64,000 bases of DNA from a virus: positions 1-64,000 of the IMG/VR virus record IMGVR_UViG_3300032293_001294, one strand, 5' to 3'. Shown one piece after another: positions 45,501 through 60,500 of the stretch. The first letter of the stretch is position 1, and the number at the start of each line of letters is the position of its first letter. A model generated the notes under the pieces. The model was not told where the DNA came from, searched no databases, and saw nothing but the letters and a program-made list of their open reading frames with translations. The position numbers were made by a program, and so were the translations under genes.

Positions 45501-48500
45501 TGTTCTAAAACTGTTAATTAAATCTTTATATTGTTTAACTGCACCATTAAATGTAGCGTAGTTTAAATTATCTTGCAGCTCTTCACTTACTTTATTCATA
45601 GCTTCTCTACTAATTTCTTCAATAGGTGCTTGTAAATGTTCCATTGTAGGATCATCGTTTATAGCAAGTTTTAATTGAAGATTATTTTCATCAACAGATT
45701 TATTGATTTCATCTTTAGTTGGGAAATCTTCTCTGGTTAATAATTTTTTATTACCAAATTCATCTGTTCTATAATACCCTTCTTCAAAGTTATTAATGTT
45801 ACTGAAGAAATTAAATATAATCTTTTCTTCATTTTCATATTTACTATTAAAGGTTTTTTGGAAATCAGCATCAGCATATCTAAAGTTAAATATTTTAATG
45901 TTAACAATGTTATTAATAACATTATCTTTTGATGTGGTAAATTTTTCTTCCCCAATATAATTTCTTCTTACAACTGCTGTAACAGAGTCAATGTAATCAA
46001 CAAAGTCTACAAGTTTATAGAATGGAATATCATGTGTATCAAAGAATTGAATAGCTTTTTCTAAATCTTTTAACTTTAAATTCTTTGGATTATCTAAACC
46101 TTTGTTTAATTCTTTTACATTGTTTATTAATTCTACAATAAGTGTGTCAGGGACAAACATATTAAATAAGAATACTTTTGCTTTTTGTTTTATTACTTTA
46201 TCTAAATCTGATTTAGCATCTGCAACTTTTGTATAAGAATCTGAAATTAAAACTTGTCTTCCTGGATTTTCTTCAAACCATTTTTTATTAACTTCACTCT
46301 TAGATGTACGTTTTAATGTATTATCAAAACGTTCATTCATTTCTCTGTCTAGATTAATAGCCATACCAAACAAACTATCATTGTCATTACTACCAATAAT
46401 AACTTTTCTTCTTGCAGATTTTTCAATTAGTTTTTTCGTCTTATCTAATATACGTTTGGAAGCATCTGCTGCTTTTACTTCTTGACCATAGTGTTTAGGC
46501 AAGTCAATAGGTTCTTGAATTAAGAATGACATTCTATTTTGTGCAAGTCTTTCAATAATTTGTTGATTAAAGTATTCATTTAATAATGTTTCTGGGAGTA
46601 CTTCAGATTTAGAACTTAAGTAATTTTTCATAACATTAACATCTACGAAGTAACGCATAGCAATTTCTTTTATAAAGTTTAAGTTTAATTTTTTCTTTGT
46701 TAAATCAGATAGATCTTTAGAATTAAAAATACTTAAATACTCTTCAATAACAGGGTCGTTTTGTTTTGATGTTGATTTAAGCCAATCTTTAACTTCTTGC
46801 ACTTCTAAAGTTTTATCAGTGTCTACTAAACTTAATGCTTTTAAATAAAAGTCTTTTAATTTTTTAAGTTCTTCTGCACCAGTTTTAACTTTATTTTTAA
46901 CAATTAATATATCATCTATGATTTCATTAATATCATCTTTGTAAATATCATAGAATTCTTTTTCAAAATTAGTAGCTATTCTAGATCTTAATACATCCGA
47001 AAACCAGTAAGCATTTATAAAGTAATTATAAAATTTATATTTAGAATCAAAATTTTCTTGAACAGCATCTTTTAATACAACTTCTCCTTCTACTTCTCTT
47101 GTGTTCTCTTCGTTTTGTAAAAGCTTTTGATACTCTTGATTGGATTCATTAACCCATGAGTCGTATTCATTTTTACTTAATGAATTAGATTTTAAAGCCA
47201 AAGCTTGTAATAAAGAGTCAAATGTAATTGCGCCATCTGTATCAATAGCACCTATTTGTTCCCAGAAATAACCATACTTTAACTTGTTAATTGTTTTATA
47301 CGTTGATAAGTGCGAAGAACTAAATTGACTCTTACGTTCAGAACCTACTCCTGGAATCGTTGTTTTACCTGCACGAACACGTTCAGTTGTTGTAATGTGT
47401 GTTTCATAATAAGAAAGGATATTAACTAAATATTCGTATACTTTAGAATATTCAGTTGTGCCAATTAATTCTTTGTTATTTAAAATATCACGTTCTTCTT
47501 TATCTAAAACCTTACTGTATATTTTAATTAAAGTATCAGGAATTTCAATGTTAGGAACTTGTTTAACAATCTTAGTTTCAACTTTTTCTTTTGTTTTAAA
47601 TAAATCTCCAATAGTTTTTTCAATCAAAGGAAGATACTTAACATCTTCAAGACTACTAAATCTAGAACCAATACCAGCAATCTTGCCTTGTAATAAAGGA
47701 GCATTATTAATCTTAGACCAAGTAAGTTTACCAGTAGATACAAACCATTGGTTTTGTTTAGGATCAAAAACATACACAGGTTTACCTAACTCTTGTGACA
47801 TAGCTACGCCCCAACCAGTACCACCATCTACTGTGCCATCATTTTTTAAATACCCGGCAGCAACAATTGTGTCTGCATCATTAATAATAAAGTGATTTCT
47901 TATTTGTAATAACTTTGTTATAGGATTAGTTGGAACATTTTTGTTTAATAATGCAGCAGCTTTAACTACAGCTTTTTCTGCTGTTTTAACTTCAACATCG
48001 CTCATATCATTAACAGACATACTAAGAACAAAATTAGGTTGATCTTTAGGTTTGTCAACATCTCTGGCTACGTATACATTTGTCTTAATATTATTTTCAC
48101 GTGCAAACTTTTGGAACAAACTATCAGAACCTGGAGCATTGCCACTACTTAATTGTACAAATGGTTGACCTTTAACTTTAACGTCAACTTTTTTAATGTC
48201 ATTTTCAGGTTTAACTTTCCCGTATATAACCTTTTTATTTTTAATTAAATCTTCAATACTATATAGTTTATCTATAAAGTCTTTGTTATTATTATAATAT
48301 TTTAATAGCAGATCTTGATTTTCATAATCTTTAAGACTTGTAATAACACCACCAAAGTTTTCACCTTTGTTTTTTAATTTAATATGAGCATTAACAAATG
48401 TTTTTAATAAGCTTGCAAAATTTGGATTGTTCTTTTCTTGATCTAAAGATTTAATTTCTTTACGATTAGTTTCAAAATAATCCATCAATTGATTTAATAG

Positions 48501-51500
48501 ATTGGCTTCTTGAATAAAGTCATATCTTTCAATAGTCAAATACTCTTGATTGCTTCTGATAACTTTAGGAATAGCATACTTACCTACAATATTTCTTTCA
48601 AATTTATAGGTTATTCTTTGTGGATATTTTAAATCATGGACAATATTGTAGTCTACAAAACCAGGCATAATACTTTGTACCAGTTTTTCAATACTATCTT
48701 TAGGACTAATAGTGTAATCTGGAATGTCGTTTTCTAAACTTCCAAAAAACTCTGTATCTGATTTTTCTAAATAACTTACAAGATTAACTACCTTACCTTG
48801 ATCCTTAATTTGTTTTTCATCAAGCGTATAGTAGTTATAATCTGTAGCTAAAAGCGGACGTAAAGGTGCGTCTTTACCTTCAATAGCATCTAAACCTACT
48901 ATAGCCATACCAAAAGCGTCACCGTCAGTATCAGCACCCATCATTGGATAACCGAATCCATTAACATAAGTTGCTGCTGACTTACTAAAACCAATAACTT
49001 TATACACAGGAACAGCGTTATAGTCTTGTTGTGGCGAACGGCTGCTTAATAAGTAAGCATATGTTTGATAGAACTTGTAATTAGTTCTTAATAACTTCTT
49101 AAGTTTTTCTTTATAATTAATGACAGGTCCTACAGCGTCCCAAAGTTTTTTGTTATCAGCTTCTAATAACCCGCGAGAATTTAAGAAATCTTCACGATCT
49201 TTACTATCTGTTAAGGTTAGTAAATGTTCTACATAATAGTTTATCTTTTCACTATCTGTAAGTTCTTCTACACCTATAATATTCTTTTGTTCTTTATTTC
49301 TATTTTGTAAAACACTCCAACCACTTGCAGGTATTACAATTTCACCGACATCTAGTGTTCTATCCAAAGCAAACTGCGCACGTATACCGCTTAATGTTTT
49401 AAACGACGCTTTATAGAATGCACTTTCCTTACCACTATAAAGTTTATCTGGAATATTAGCATCGGTATTCTTAACTAAAATATCTATTTCACTTTCGTAA
49501 TACTTCTTCATAGCAGGATCAACACTATTATTTAACATGCTTAAAAGTCTTACATACTTAATACCATTGGTATAAATAAGATTGTGGATAAGTTTATCCG
49601 CATATAACTTTTCTAAGTTATCTATTAATCCTTGTTCTTTTTTCTTAGTTATATTATCTTTAGTAACATTTAAAGTATTTAAAATATAATCTGAAAATCC
49701 TAGTATTCTTGGACGTGCTAGATTCTTAGCATTTGTTTGATCAAATGCAAATACTCTATTAAAATCATTTAAACCAATTTTGTTAAGTATTAATTGTAAT
49801 GCAGCAGGACCTATGGTTTGTCCAGTATCAACGTTGCTGTTATCATCTAATATATTAAATACAAACTTACCAATTGTCTTTGTATTAGATTCAGTATATT
49901 GAGCTTGTGGGTTATTCTCATGGTCAGCCATAACGTAGACGTTTCCTCTGACAAAAGAACCAGTCTTTAAATTAATGGTAGCGTAACGTCGTTCTAATAA
50001 TTTATATGCGTCTAATTTTGCAGTATTAATATCTTGATAGGTTAATGGTTTATTTTGTAGACGAGACTTAGCAATAACAATAGGAACTTTAATTGGTGGT
50101 AGTTTATCAATATCAGGATTGTTTTTAACATCATCAATTAAAACCCATTGATAGATATCATTTAAATCAAAACGAGCGTTTCCTTTTGCGTCATAAAAAC
50201 TAGTTAAAGATTTAATTTGATCTTTATATTTAAATAAAAGATTACTTAATCCTTCTAATTCATCTTGTGTTTTATAATATTTATTAATTAAAATACCATC
50301 TTCATTAATGTTCTTTTTAAACGTTGCGTTTAAATACTCTTTGATTTCAGGAATATCAAATACTTCTTTTATTCTAGACGGTACAACTGCTTTACCATCT
50401 TGGTATGTTTCATTGTTTAAATAACTTGTTATATAGTTATATAACATTTCTACATACATACCTGATGTTCCACGTTTTGTTACAGACTCTGCGTTTGATA
50501 AGAAGAAAGCACCATATGTTTTATGTAGATCTTGTATAGGATAGATAGTACCTTTAAAACCGTGGTGTGTACCTAACCAAATTTTAGCTGACAATTCATA
50601 GCCAAATTCTTTTAAGAAATCAGCATCAACACCAATTGTATCAAGACCAACACGTGGATCATTAACCATTACAATAGGTAAAACTGTACCAAATTGATGT
50701 AGTTCAGCATCTGCTTTATAGTTTTGGTACATTTCAGCACTCATAACGTTAGGCATAAATAATTGTGAATATTTATTACCAAACTTTCTAATAAATTTAT
50801 TTCTTAAATCAGGACTTAATGGATTTTTATTTATAAACGTTTCCATTAATTTTTTACCTGGGGCAACTTTATCAGGTATTTCTTTATACATACGATTAAG
50901 TAAACCAATAGTAGTATACGTAGCCATTAAATGCTTAGCATGTAATTGTGTACGAATAGGGTTATCATTCATCGCAAATGGGAAGTTAAATGGAAGTCTT
51001 GGTTTTAGTTTATACACAACAGCTGTACTTGCTTCTGAGTTTAATTCTAAAGAAATATTATTTTCATCCAACCATTTATGATCAATATGTTCTAAATTAT
51101 AGTCATAACTATACTCATCACTAATTTGGTTGACTAAAGAACCACGTTCAAGGGCATTGTATTTAGAAGTAATTCTATTATAAATACCATTATAAACTTC
51201 TTTTAAATTAATATTCTTAATACCTTTATCATTAAGTAAGTTAATTTGATTAATAACAGCTTTTCTAATTATCTTGCTGATATTAGTAATCTTTAAATAT
51301 CTATCACTTGCACCAAACTGTTCGTACGGGAATACTTCGCCTTCATTCTTTATTAAATAATTTAATAAAATATCAATTGCGTTTTTACTAGAATCAATTA
51401 CTTCACCTTTTTCATTTATATCAGGTATTAAATATTCTTTAGGTATATTATCTGGTCCTAATACGTACTCAGGTTTTCCACCTTTAGGTTGGAAGTAAAA

Positions 51501-54500
51501 CTGACTTTGCATATTTTTTAAAGTGTCAATTGCTTGGCTATCTAAGTTACCTTCGTCATCTAATTTAAAAACTTTAGTCATTAATTTTTCATCAGGTCTA
51601 TTCATGTATTCATTATCTTTTGTAGTATAAACATACTTTAATTCTAGTTTTAAAGTCTTATTTATGTTATCAAATGTAGCTGTATTAATTCTGTTATAAA
51701 CTTCATCGTATACAAAATACTTTGTAATAGGACCAAAAGGCCTTGAAAAGATTCTATTTGGTACTTGTCTTAATACACTAATGTCGTCACCTTTTCTAGG
51801 TTCTTCATATTCTATTTCAATATTTAAATTCTTTTTACGTGGAGATTTGTCGATTTCTTTTTTATCAATACGAGTAGAAGCCAACGTTTGGTATTGTTCA
51901 AGAGACATTCTATCGCTAGAAGGAACTCCTTTTATAATTTCTGTAATGGTTCTTTCCATTGCATTATCTACGTTTGTTTCTTGTACACCAACTTCTTTTA
52001 GAATATTTGTATAGTACACACTTAAAACATTTTCGTTTATTTTTCCAATGTCATTAGCTTTATAATTAGTTAAAAAATTAATACTGTTTTGTAAGGATTC
52101 TAATTTTTGATTAATAATACTGACAAAGATATCTTTATCATAGAAGAAAGTTCTACTGTCGTATAAATCGTCTAAGGTATACTTAGAGAAGTTTTCAATA
52201 GATCTAATATCATTTATGTTTTTAAATAATCTAAACAACGTTGTTTGATTACGATCAAAGAAGTTTTTATTATTAGAATCATTCGTTAACGATAACAAAT
52301 ATTTATTAATATCTTGTAAGTTTACTTTAATTTCTTGTTTGTTACTATCTAGATAATACCAATAAGACTGTTCTTTATTATATTTATATTCAAATATTTC
52401 TATGTTTTTTCCAAGACCTAGCGCTTTATACTTAACAAGGTTATCATTTACAATCTTAAAGTTATTTTCTAATTCTTTTAAATAAATATCTAAATCAGAT
52501 TTTTGTTGGTTTTTAAGTACAGTTAATTCTTTATTTAAGATATCACGTACAGCTTCATCATCGATAGAAGTTCTGCCTTTAAAGATTAAATCAATTTGAT
52601 TTTGTAGTGCAGCTATTGCAGACTTTTGCTTAGTCGGATCTTTAATAACATCGATAACTGATTCATCAAATACTTTTAACATTAGACTTTCTTGTTTGCT
52701 TAGATCTTTTTCTTGTCTTATAAAACCAAGTAAGTTATTTAAATTACTTATCAAATCATTTAATTTCTTATTGGTTTGGTCTATTCTATTTTCCATAACC
52801 CCTAGATTAGATAACCCAATAACATTATTTAAAACAACTTTTGGATTATTCAAAGCAATCTTAATACTAGATAAACTAGTGCTATTATCTTCTGCAATTT
52901 TTCTTGCAGCTGAAAGCATTTCTTCTAAGATAACATTTCTTTCTTTAGTTAATCCTACTTGGCTAATTACTTGTGTATCATTTGAAGGATCACCATTTAA
53001 TAAAGTTTCAATTTCAGATTTTAGTTCGTTTATACGTTTAACTTTTTCTGCTTTTCTTTCTTTAGTAGCTTGAATAATTTCATCTTTGGTTTTACCTTTT
53101 TCAAGCATAGCAATTAAATCATTTTTAGCAGCTTTAGCTAATTCAATTGTTTTTAATTTTTTACCGTAGTCTATTTCAATATCTTTTAACTCTAGGTCTT
53201 TACCATACGTAGCGTATACATGCTTAGTAATTTCTTTCTTAAGCGTGGTATTAGCATCATCTTTATTAAAAGTAACAAGGTTATTTGGACCTCCAACAAT
53301 TAAACGATCAAAAGTATTTGGTGCGTTTTCTACAAATTTAGTAACAGCATCTAAAATTATCTTATGAATTTGTACTGTTTGTTGATCTGTACTATAACTG
53401 TTTAAAAACTTTATAGCCAAAGTATTAATAACTTTTTCTTTTATTTTTGGGTCTCTGTTGATAACGTATTTTTCTAATTCATTTGAAACATTACCCAATT
53501 CACCATCATTAAAGTCTAAAAGTTTCTTTTTTAATTCATCATTAAAAATATAATCAGTATCATACAGTGCTTCTTTAGTAAATTCATTTAGTTCAAGCTT
53601 CCACTTAGCTCTAATAGCCTGCTCAATAAGTTCACCAACTGCATCCAGCTCTTGTGGTTTAGCTTCTAAAGAATTTTTATTAGCAAGAATTTTGTTTTCT
53701 AATCTACTAATAATTAATTCAAGTTGTTTTTTGTATTCTTTATTACGTTCAATATCATTGAGTTTAGGATCAATGTTTTTTAATACATTATTAATAGAGT
53801 TATCTTCTTTAATACTACGATAGTATTCGTTAACAACAAGCTTCTTACCAACTTGACTAATAAAGTTTTGTATAATACCAAAGTCAAACTTATTACCGTT
53901 GTGTGCGACAATCTTAAAGTTATTTTCTACACCAATAATTTGGATAAATGCACGTATAAAGTTGTCGTTGTTTTGTTTAGTACTAACAGTTTCAATTAAT
54001 TTATTAAGTTTTTCTCTAGCTTTTAATTCAAGTTGTTCGTCGTTTAAAATTAAACCATCATTTTCCCATTGTTTTTTCCAAACTTCATTCTTTTGGAAAC
54101 GATAAAATTCTTCAATTTCTTTTGTATAACTACCGTCTTCATTAATAGCGTTATAAAATAACGAGCTGTTAATGTATGCGTTATGAATTTGCAACTCACC
54201 ATTCTTATCGATATATAACATACTCATTTGATATGGAAATTCTTGTCCATTTTGTTTGTATGTTTCAATATCAATAACAGCAAACTCATCGGTAAGTCCT
54301 TTTTCTTTAAGAACATTCTTTTGATGAATATAGTTTAAAGCAGTAGGCATAATATCAACTAAAGAATCGTGTAAAGCAAATTCACCTTCTGTATTAACCT
54401 TATTAATTAAAGATTCTTTGGTGTATCCTTTTGTTTTACTAGTAATAATTTCGGCAACTTTTTCTAATACTTCTTGGTTATTTTTTGTATCTTTTAATTG

Positions 54501-57500
54501 ATCTTTATAGTACTGCTTAAACAATTCAAGGTTACTTAATTTTTTACCTACAAACTCTAGTTCAGATTTATAAGAAGTTTCGCTAGCTTTCTCGGCTTTT
54601 AAAACATCTTCTTGTTTAATTGGTAGAGTGTCTTCAACAGTCTTAATAACACCAAGATTACTTTTATAACGATTAATAAGGTTTAAGTATTCATTAGCAT
54701 CTTTTAATTTATTATTTATATCTTGTTTTTTATTATTTAGTTCAACAATCTTTGTAGTTTCATTGTTTTCTACAACAAACGATACAAGTTCAGATAGACT
54801 AACATTGCTAGTATCGATCGTATTATCAAATACTTTTTTGTTTAAATTACTATATAAAGCTTTAGTATTAGAAACGTTTAAGTTTATTCTATCTTCAACT
54901 TTTTTAACACGTTCTTTAGGATCAACAGAAAATATAATACTAGATTTAATGCTTTCATCAATGCTTAGTCTATTCATAAGGCTAACAGATTTGTTTAATA
55001 TATCTTTAATATCTACAACAGTTTTAGAAAGAACCTTATTATACTTATTCTTTAGTTTATTGTTAATGTTATTTTTTAAAGTAGTTGCATAAGATAAATG
55101 TTCTGGATTTTTAAATACAGATAAATCTACTTCAACATCATTAGATCCAAACCCATGCTTAAATACATCTACATTTTTACCGGATGAAGCTTCATCTTCT
55201 ATATAGTTTAATATATCTTGGTTGGTTTTTCTTCCTATAGTAGTGTTAATAAAAGATTCTAAACTTCTATATTCAGTTTCAGTTATTTTACCACCTTTAG
55301 TAGTAGCTAATTCTTGTACTTTATAATCTAATAAAACACTTAATAAGATTTGTTTTTCTGCGTTTTTATCGCTCAAACTAATTAATGCTTTATACGAAGG
55401 AATGTTATCAACTAATTTATTATCTAACGACGTGATCGATGTAATAGCATAACTATCTAAGATATTGATATAATCTTTTAAAGTTAATTTTTTATCTTCT
55501 TTATAATTAGAATCAATTCTATACACATAATCTCTGATTTGTATTCCGAATCCACGTAAAAGCGCTTTGTTTTTTTCAATAGCTTTACTATGATATTTAT
55601 CGATTTTTGATAAAGTACTATCATCAATTGCAATAGACTTAGCATTCGAAACAACGTTTGTTTTTATAAGCTTATTGTATTCTTCAGAACTCTTTAATAA
55701 TGCAGGCAACATGTTTTCAACATTTTCTAAATCATTAAATTCTAGACGTAAACGATTTAGTTCTTCTCTATCTAAACGTTTATTGAATAAAGAAATACTA
55801 TTAAAGTAGTTAGTATAGTTGCTTCTTTCTTTTCCTTTAAACTTTTTAAATGTATTTTCTGCAATATCTCTTGCTTTTTTTAAACGTTCTTCTAGATTTG
55901 TTTGCTTGCTCATGTCGTATACAGCTTTTAAATCTTCTAGCGTAGTAATAAACTTGTCTGTACCTGGTACTTTGTAAGCAGCATAAGCATCTTTAAACAT
56001 GGCAAAGTTACTTGCTATATTTTTTCCTTTTGAAATTCTAGTAATTTGGTAAACATTAGAACTTTCAATTTCTTTTATAGTAGCAATACTTTCTAAATAC
56101 GCTTTGTACTCATCTTTAATTCTTTGACTTGTTTTTTTGTTTAACTCAATAACATCGTTATTGATCTTTAATTTTTCTTCTTCAATAGATTTAAAGTATT
56201 GTTCATCAAATAATTGTTTTAAACCAGGATAAACAATAAACATATTATTAATTAATTCTAGTTTTTCTTTATTAAAAGCTTTTTGTTCAACACTAATAGA
56301 TTGTTCAACAGTATCTAATTCTTTATTAGTATCAAGAATTAAATCCATAGTATTTTGAGTTAACAAAGGAATACTATTAGTATATTTGCCAAACAATTCT
56401 TGTTGTGTGTTTTCACCTAATGTCTTATTTAATATATTAACGTTTTCATTTTTAGTGTTTAAAAGTTTTTTATTGAGTAGATCTAATTCAAGTTTTAAAA
56501 CTTCTTCTTTCTTTTCTTCTAAAGTTGTAAAAGATTGCATGGTACGTTTAGGTCCTACTGCAGCTTTGTAAGTGTCAAACCAACGATCCTTACCAAAGAA
56601 GTCTTTAGAACCTTTAATAAAGTTCATTAAATAAACGTTTTGTAATATTGTGTTTTGTTTTTCTTTAGTTAACTCATTGAAAGTTTTTCCTTGAAGTTTT
56701 GCAATAGCTTCAGCTTTAGTAAGATCGTTTTCATTACTTTCAATAATACGTTCAATTTTAGTATCAACTTGTTTATAACGATATTGTTTATATTTAACAT
56801 CGTTCTTAATTTGTTTATCTATAAACGAAGATAAATCCATCGTAAGTTTTTCAGAGTTACTATAACGGGCTGTATATATAAACCCTAAAATTGCTTTAAT
56901 ATTGTTGTCATTAAAGATAATAAAACTTTGATTCTTTTCTGAGAATAATTTAATTTGATCAATTGCGTTTTTAATAACATCATCAAACTCTTTAATTAAT
57001 ACTTCGTCAGTCTTTACTTTTCCAGATACATCTAAATCTTTACCATGATTTTTTAAGTAGTTTGTTTTCGCATCAAAAATTAACTTATTATAAGTATTAA
57101 TAAAAAAGTTAACAGATGCTTTGCTCACACTTAAAGACTTTAAAGCTGTATCAATTTCTGAAGGCTTTATAAATTCTTTATCTTTGTAGTCTGGTTTTAA
57201 TTCCTTAAATAAATCATGCCAAGATTTTCTTAAATCATTATAAACAACCTTACCAGAAGCAACTTGCCAGCTCGGAGAATTATGTTCTGCACTAATATCA
57301 GCAATTGCATCCTTAGTTAATTGCATTAATTCATAGGTTTTTTCACCAACAAACCCTGCTTCATAGTCTCTATATAAATGCTTATATGCATTGCGTTGAT
57401 GTCTTCTGACAAGTGTTTCTACGTTGTTGTCTTTAAAATAGATACCTTTATAACTAGAATCATATTCATCAAAAGTCTTTAAGTTTTCTTCATCTAATAT

Positions 57501-60500
57501 AATGTTTCCTAATCTATCATTTAAGAATGAATTTGTACTTCTAATGTATCGAATGTTTTCAAATCCTTTATTTAACTGGAACTTAACACCAGTTTTTAAA
57601 GAACTTCCATAGCCAAGAAGATCGTTAATACTGATTGTTTGTAGTTTAATGTTATTAGATTTTGCTTTTATTGATTCTAATTCAAAAGCTTTCTTTATAT
57701 CATCGTTTGATATTTCAGCTTTGCCATCTGTTTTTAACTTTTCTCTAATAAACTTTTCTTTTTGATAGTTAATAAACAACATGAGTAAACTAGCTTTATA
57801 AAAGTCTTCTGTTGTTTCTTTGGTTTTAATATTTGCGTGGGTATTAATAAAATGTTCAATGTCATTGTATCCATCTTTTTGTATTAAAGTAATGACTTCG
57901 TCTTGATCTAAACCAAAAACACTCCAGTTATTAATTGCTTTTTTAAAGTCACTATTATTAGGACGTATTACTTTTCTAAAGTAATTAAAGAATTCTTCGC
58001 TATTTTCTAATAGATTAATTCTATTAATTTCAAAAATGCGTCTATAAGAAAGCTTCTTTTCTAATTTAGGTTTATCAGCTTTTGCTGCTTCTTTTATTTG
58101 ATCTCTATAAAAGTCTTTCTTTTGTAAGTCTTTATCTTCAAAAACTTTTTTAAACTCTTCTATATCAACAGGACTTATTATAGTTTCTCCAAAACCTTTA
58201 GAACCTATTTCAATAACAGTGTCTATTTGACTTTTTGTAAAACCTTTATTTCTTAATTCTTCTTTAATAAGCTCCAGTTTATTTGTTTCGCTAAATACTA
58301 AAGGAGTTTTTGGCGTGTATATTTTTTCATCTTTAGATGAATATAAATAATTGTTAGCACTATCAAGCACACTACCAGCAGCTTGTATTAAGTTTATTTT
58401 TTCTTTATCGTCTAAATCGTAGCCAAACTCACCTTTAATATAATCAACAATATAAGTATCTATAGTTATATCTTCTATATTGTCTACTATATTTTGTCGG
58501 TTATTCACTAAATCTACAACTTCACCTGCATCTTTAAATTTTGTGTAGGTTAAAAAATCTGTTTTATTGCTTATAAACTTTAAATGTTTCTTATTGAATT
58601 TATATTTTTGAGATTTATTAGGCGTGCTTTCAACTTCTTTTTTAAGACTTAAAGCTTGTTTATAAAGATTTAAATTGTATCCAGTTAACTTATCTACACC
58701 GATTTGTTGCCCGTTGCTAACTAATCTATTTAAAACATCGTAATAATTTAAATAAGCTTGGATATCAAAACGATCACCAGGATAACGTTCCATATATTGT
58801 CTGATAGATACTAAGTAAGACTTAATAACATAGGCGTAAATTAAGTGATCAGTTATACGATCAGCATTTTTATATCCATTTGGATTGTTTTTAAATATTC
58901 TTTGTGCAATCGTCTTAAATATTTTTCTTACACTAGGTTCAACACCTACATATTCTTTTAACTTTTCATACAGCTCTTGTGCGTTAATTTTTTGAGTTTG
59001 AAAATCATTAAATACATTCTTTAAAGAAACCATCTTAGCAATACTAATACTCTTATTTTTAACTTTGTCTTTAATCTTCTTATGATTTTTTACACCTTCT
59101 TGTATTACAGTTTGTAAATTGTCTAGATAATATTGTTGTTTTTCTAAGTGTTTCTTTGCATTTATTTCAAAAGTATCTAATACAGTATTTCTCTTTTTTA
59201 CATCAAACATATTACCGAAAGCATCTGAAAGTTTTTCAGTTAACGGCTTGCTTAAAAGTTCGTGTGCAGTTAGTTGGTTTCTAACATTACTAATTGTAAC
59301 AATCTTAGGTTGTGCATTTTCAATATGTTCTTTAATAATAGGTACAAGTTCTGTATATGCTTTGTTTTGTGTGCTTTCAACATGAGTAAGTAAATCATTT
59401 ACAATGTTATAAAATCTTTCTAATTTGTTTAAATGCTTTTCATCCATGATATTGTAGTAGCTTAAATCTTTAATATTAATATTGTTTTCATATCTGGATT
59501 TAACTGCTTCTAAACTTTTTACAATCTTATCCCAAACATTTTTGTCTTTAAGATCAGCAACAGTCATAGGATTAACATCTTTTTCTAAGTTATTAATATT
59601 ATATTCTTTTGTTAAATACTTACCATTTAAAAAGGTAGATCCGATATATTCTATTTCTAAACCACTATAATCAAACCCTTCAAAGAACTCAAAAAATACA
59701 ATATTAAATAAAGCTTCTTTTTCAGTTTCTTTAAATTGTTCTGTATTGTATAAATCTATTCCTTCGTTATAAAATTTATAGATAGGTACAAATCCTTTTA
59801 AATTGTCATTAGAGTATAGATTTTTATAGAATGTATTTAAGTTTTTTACAAGTGAACTTGGGTTGCCAAGCTTAGTAATAAGATTTAAATCATTTAACCA
59901 ACCTTTAACTACGCTGCCAATTGTTCTATTAATACTACTTTGAACGTTTATAAACCGTGGTAAAAATTTTACAGTGTCATCGACTTTATATAAATCAATA
60001 TCAGCATAATCTTTTTTATTATTCTTAATATTTTCAATTTCTTTATATTTAGATTCACTTAAAATATATACTTCGAAAACATCGTAAGTATCTTTGTTGC
60101 CATTCATGAGTTGTTTAAATGTTGCACGATCTTCTTCCATGGTTTTTAAAGACCACTTGTTATCTGGAACAATAACAATAGCTCTACCATTATCAGTAAT
60201 AATAGGTACTATATTTTCTTTATAGTCTACTACATATTGATTAAAGTCTTTATCATTTAAAGGTACTTTGTTTTTAATAAGTTCTTCACCAGTCATGGTA
60301 TTACGCATGTTTTCCACTCTAGTCTTTAGTTCTTGTTCCCATAAAGATTTGTAAATAACATCAAAAGATTGATTAACTTTTAATCTATTAATAACTTTAT
60401 TGCGAACGGCAGTACTATTGTTTCCGTATACGTAGTTAATTAAAAGGTTGTTTAAAGAAGGTATACCTTCTCCAGCATTTTGGATAGTTTTTACTTCAGC

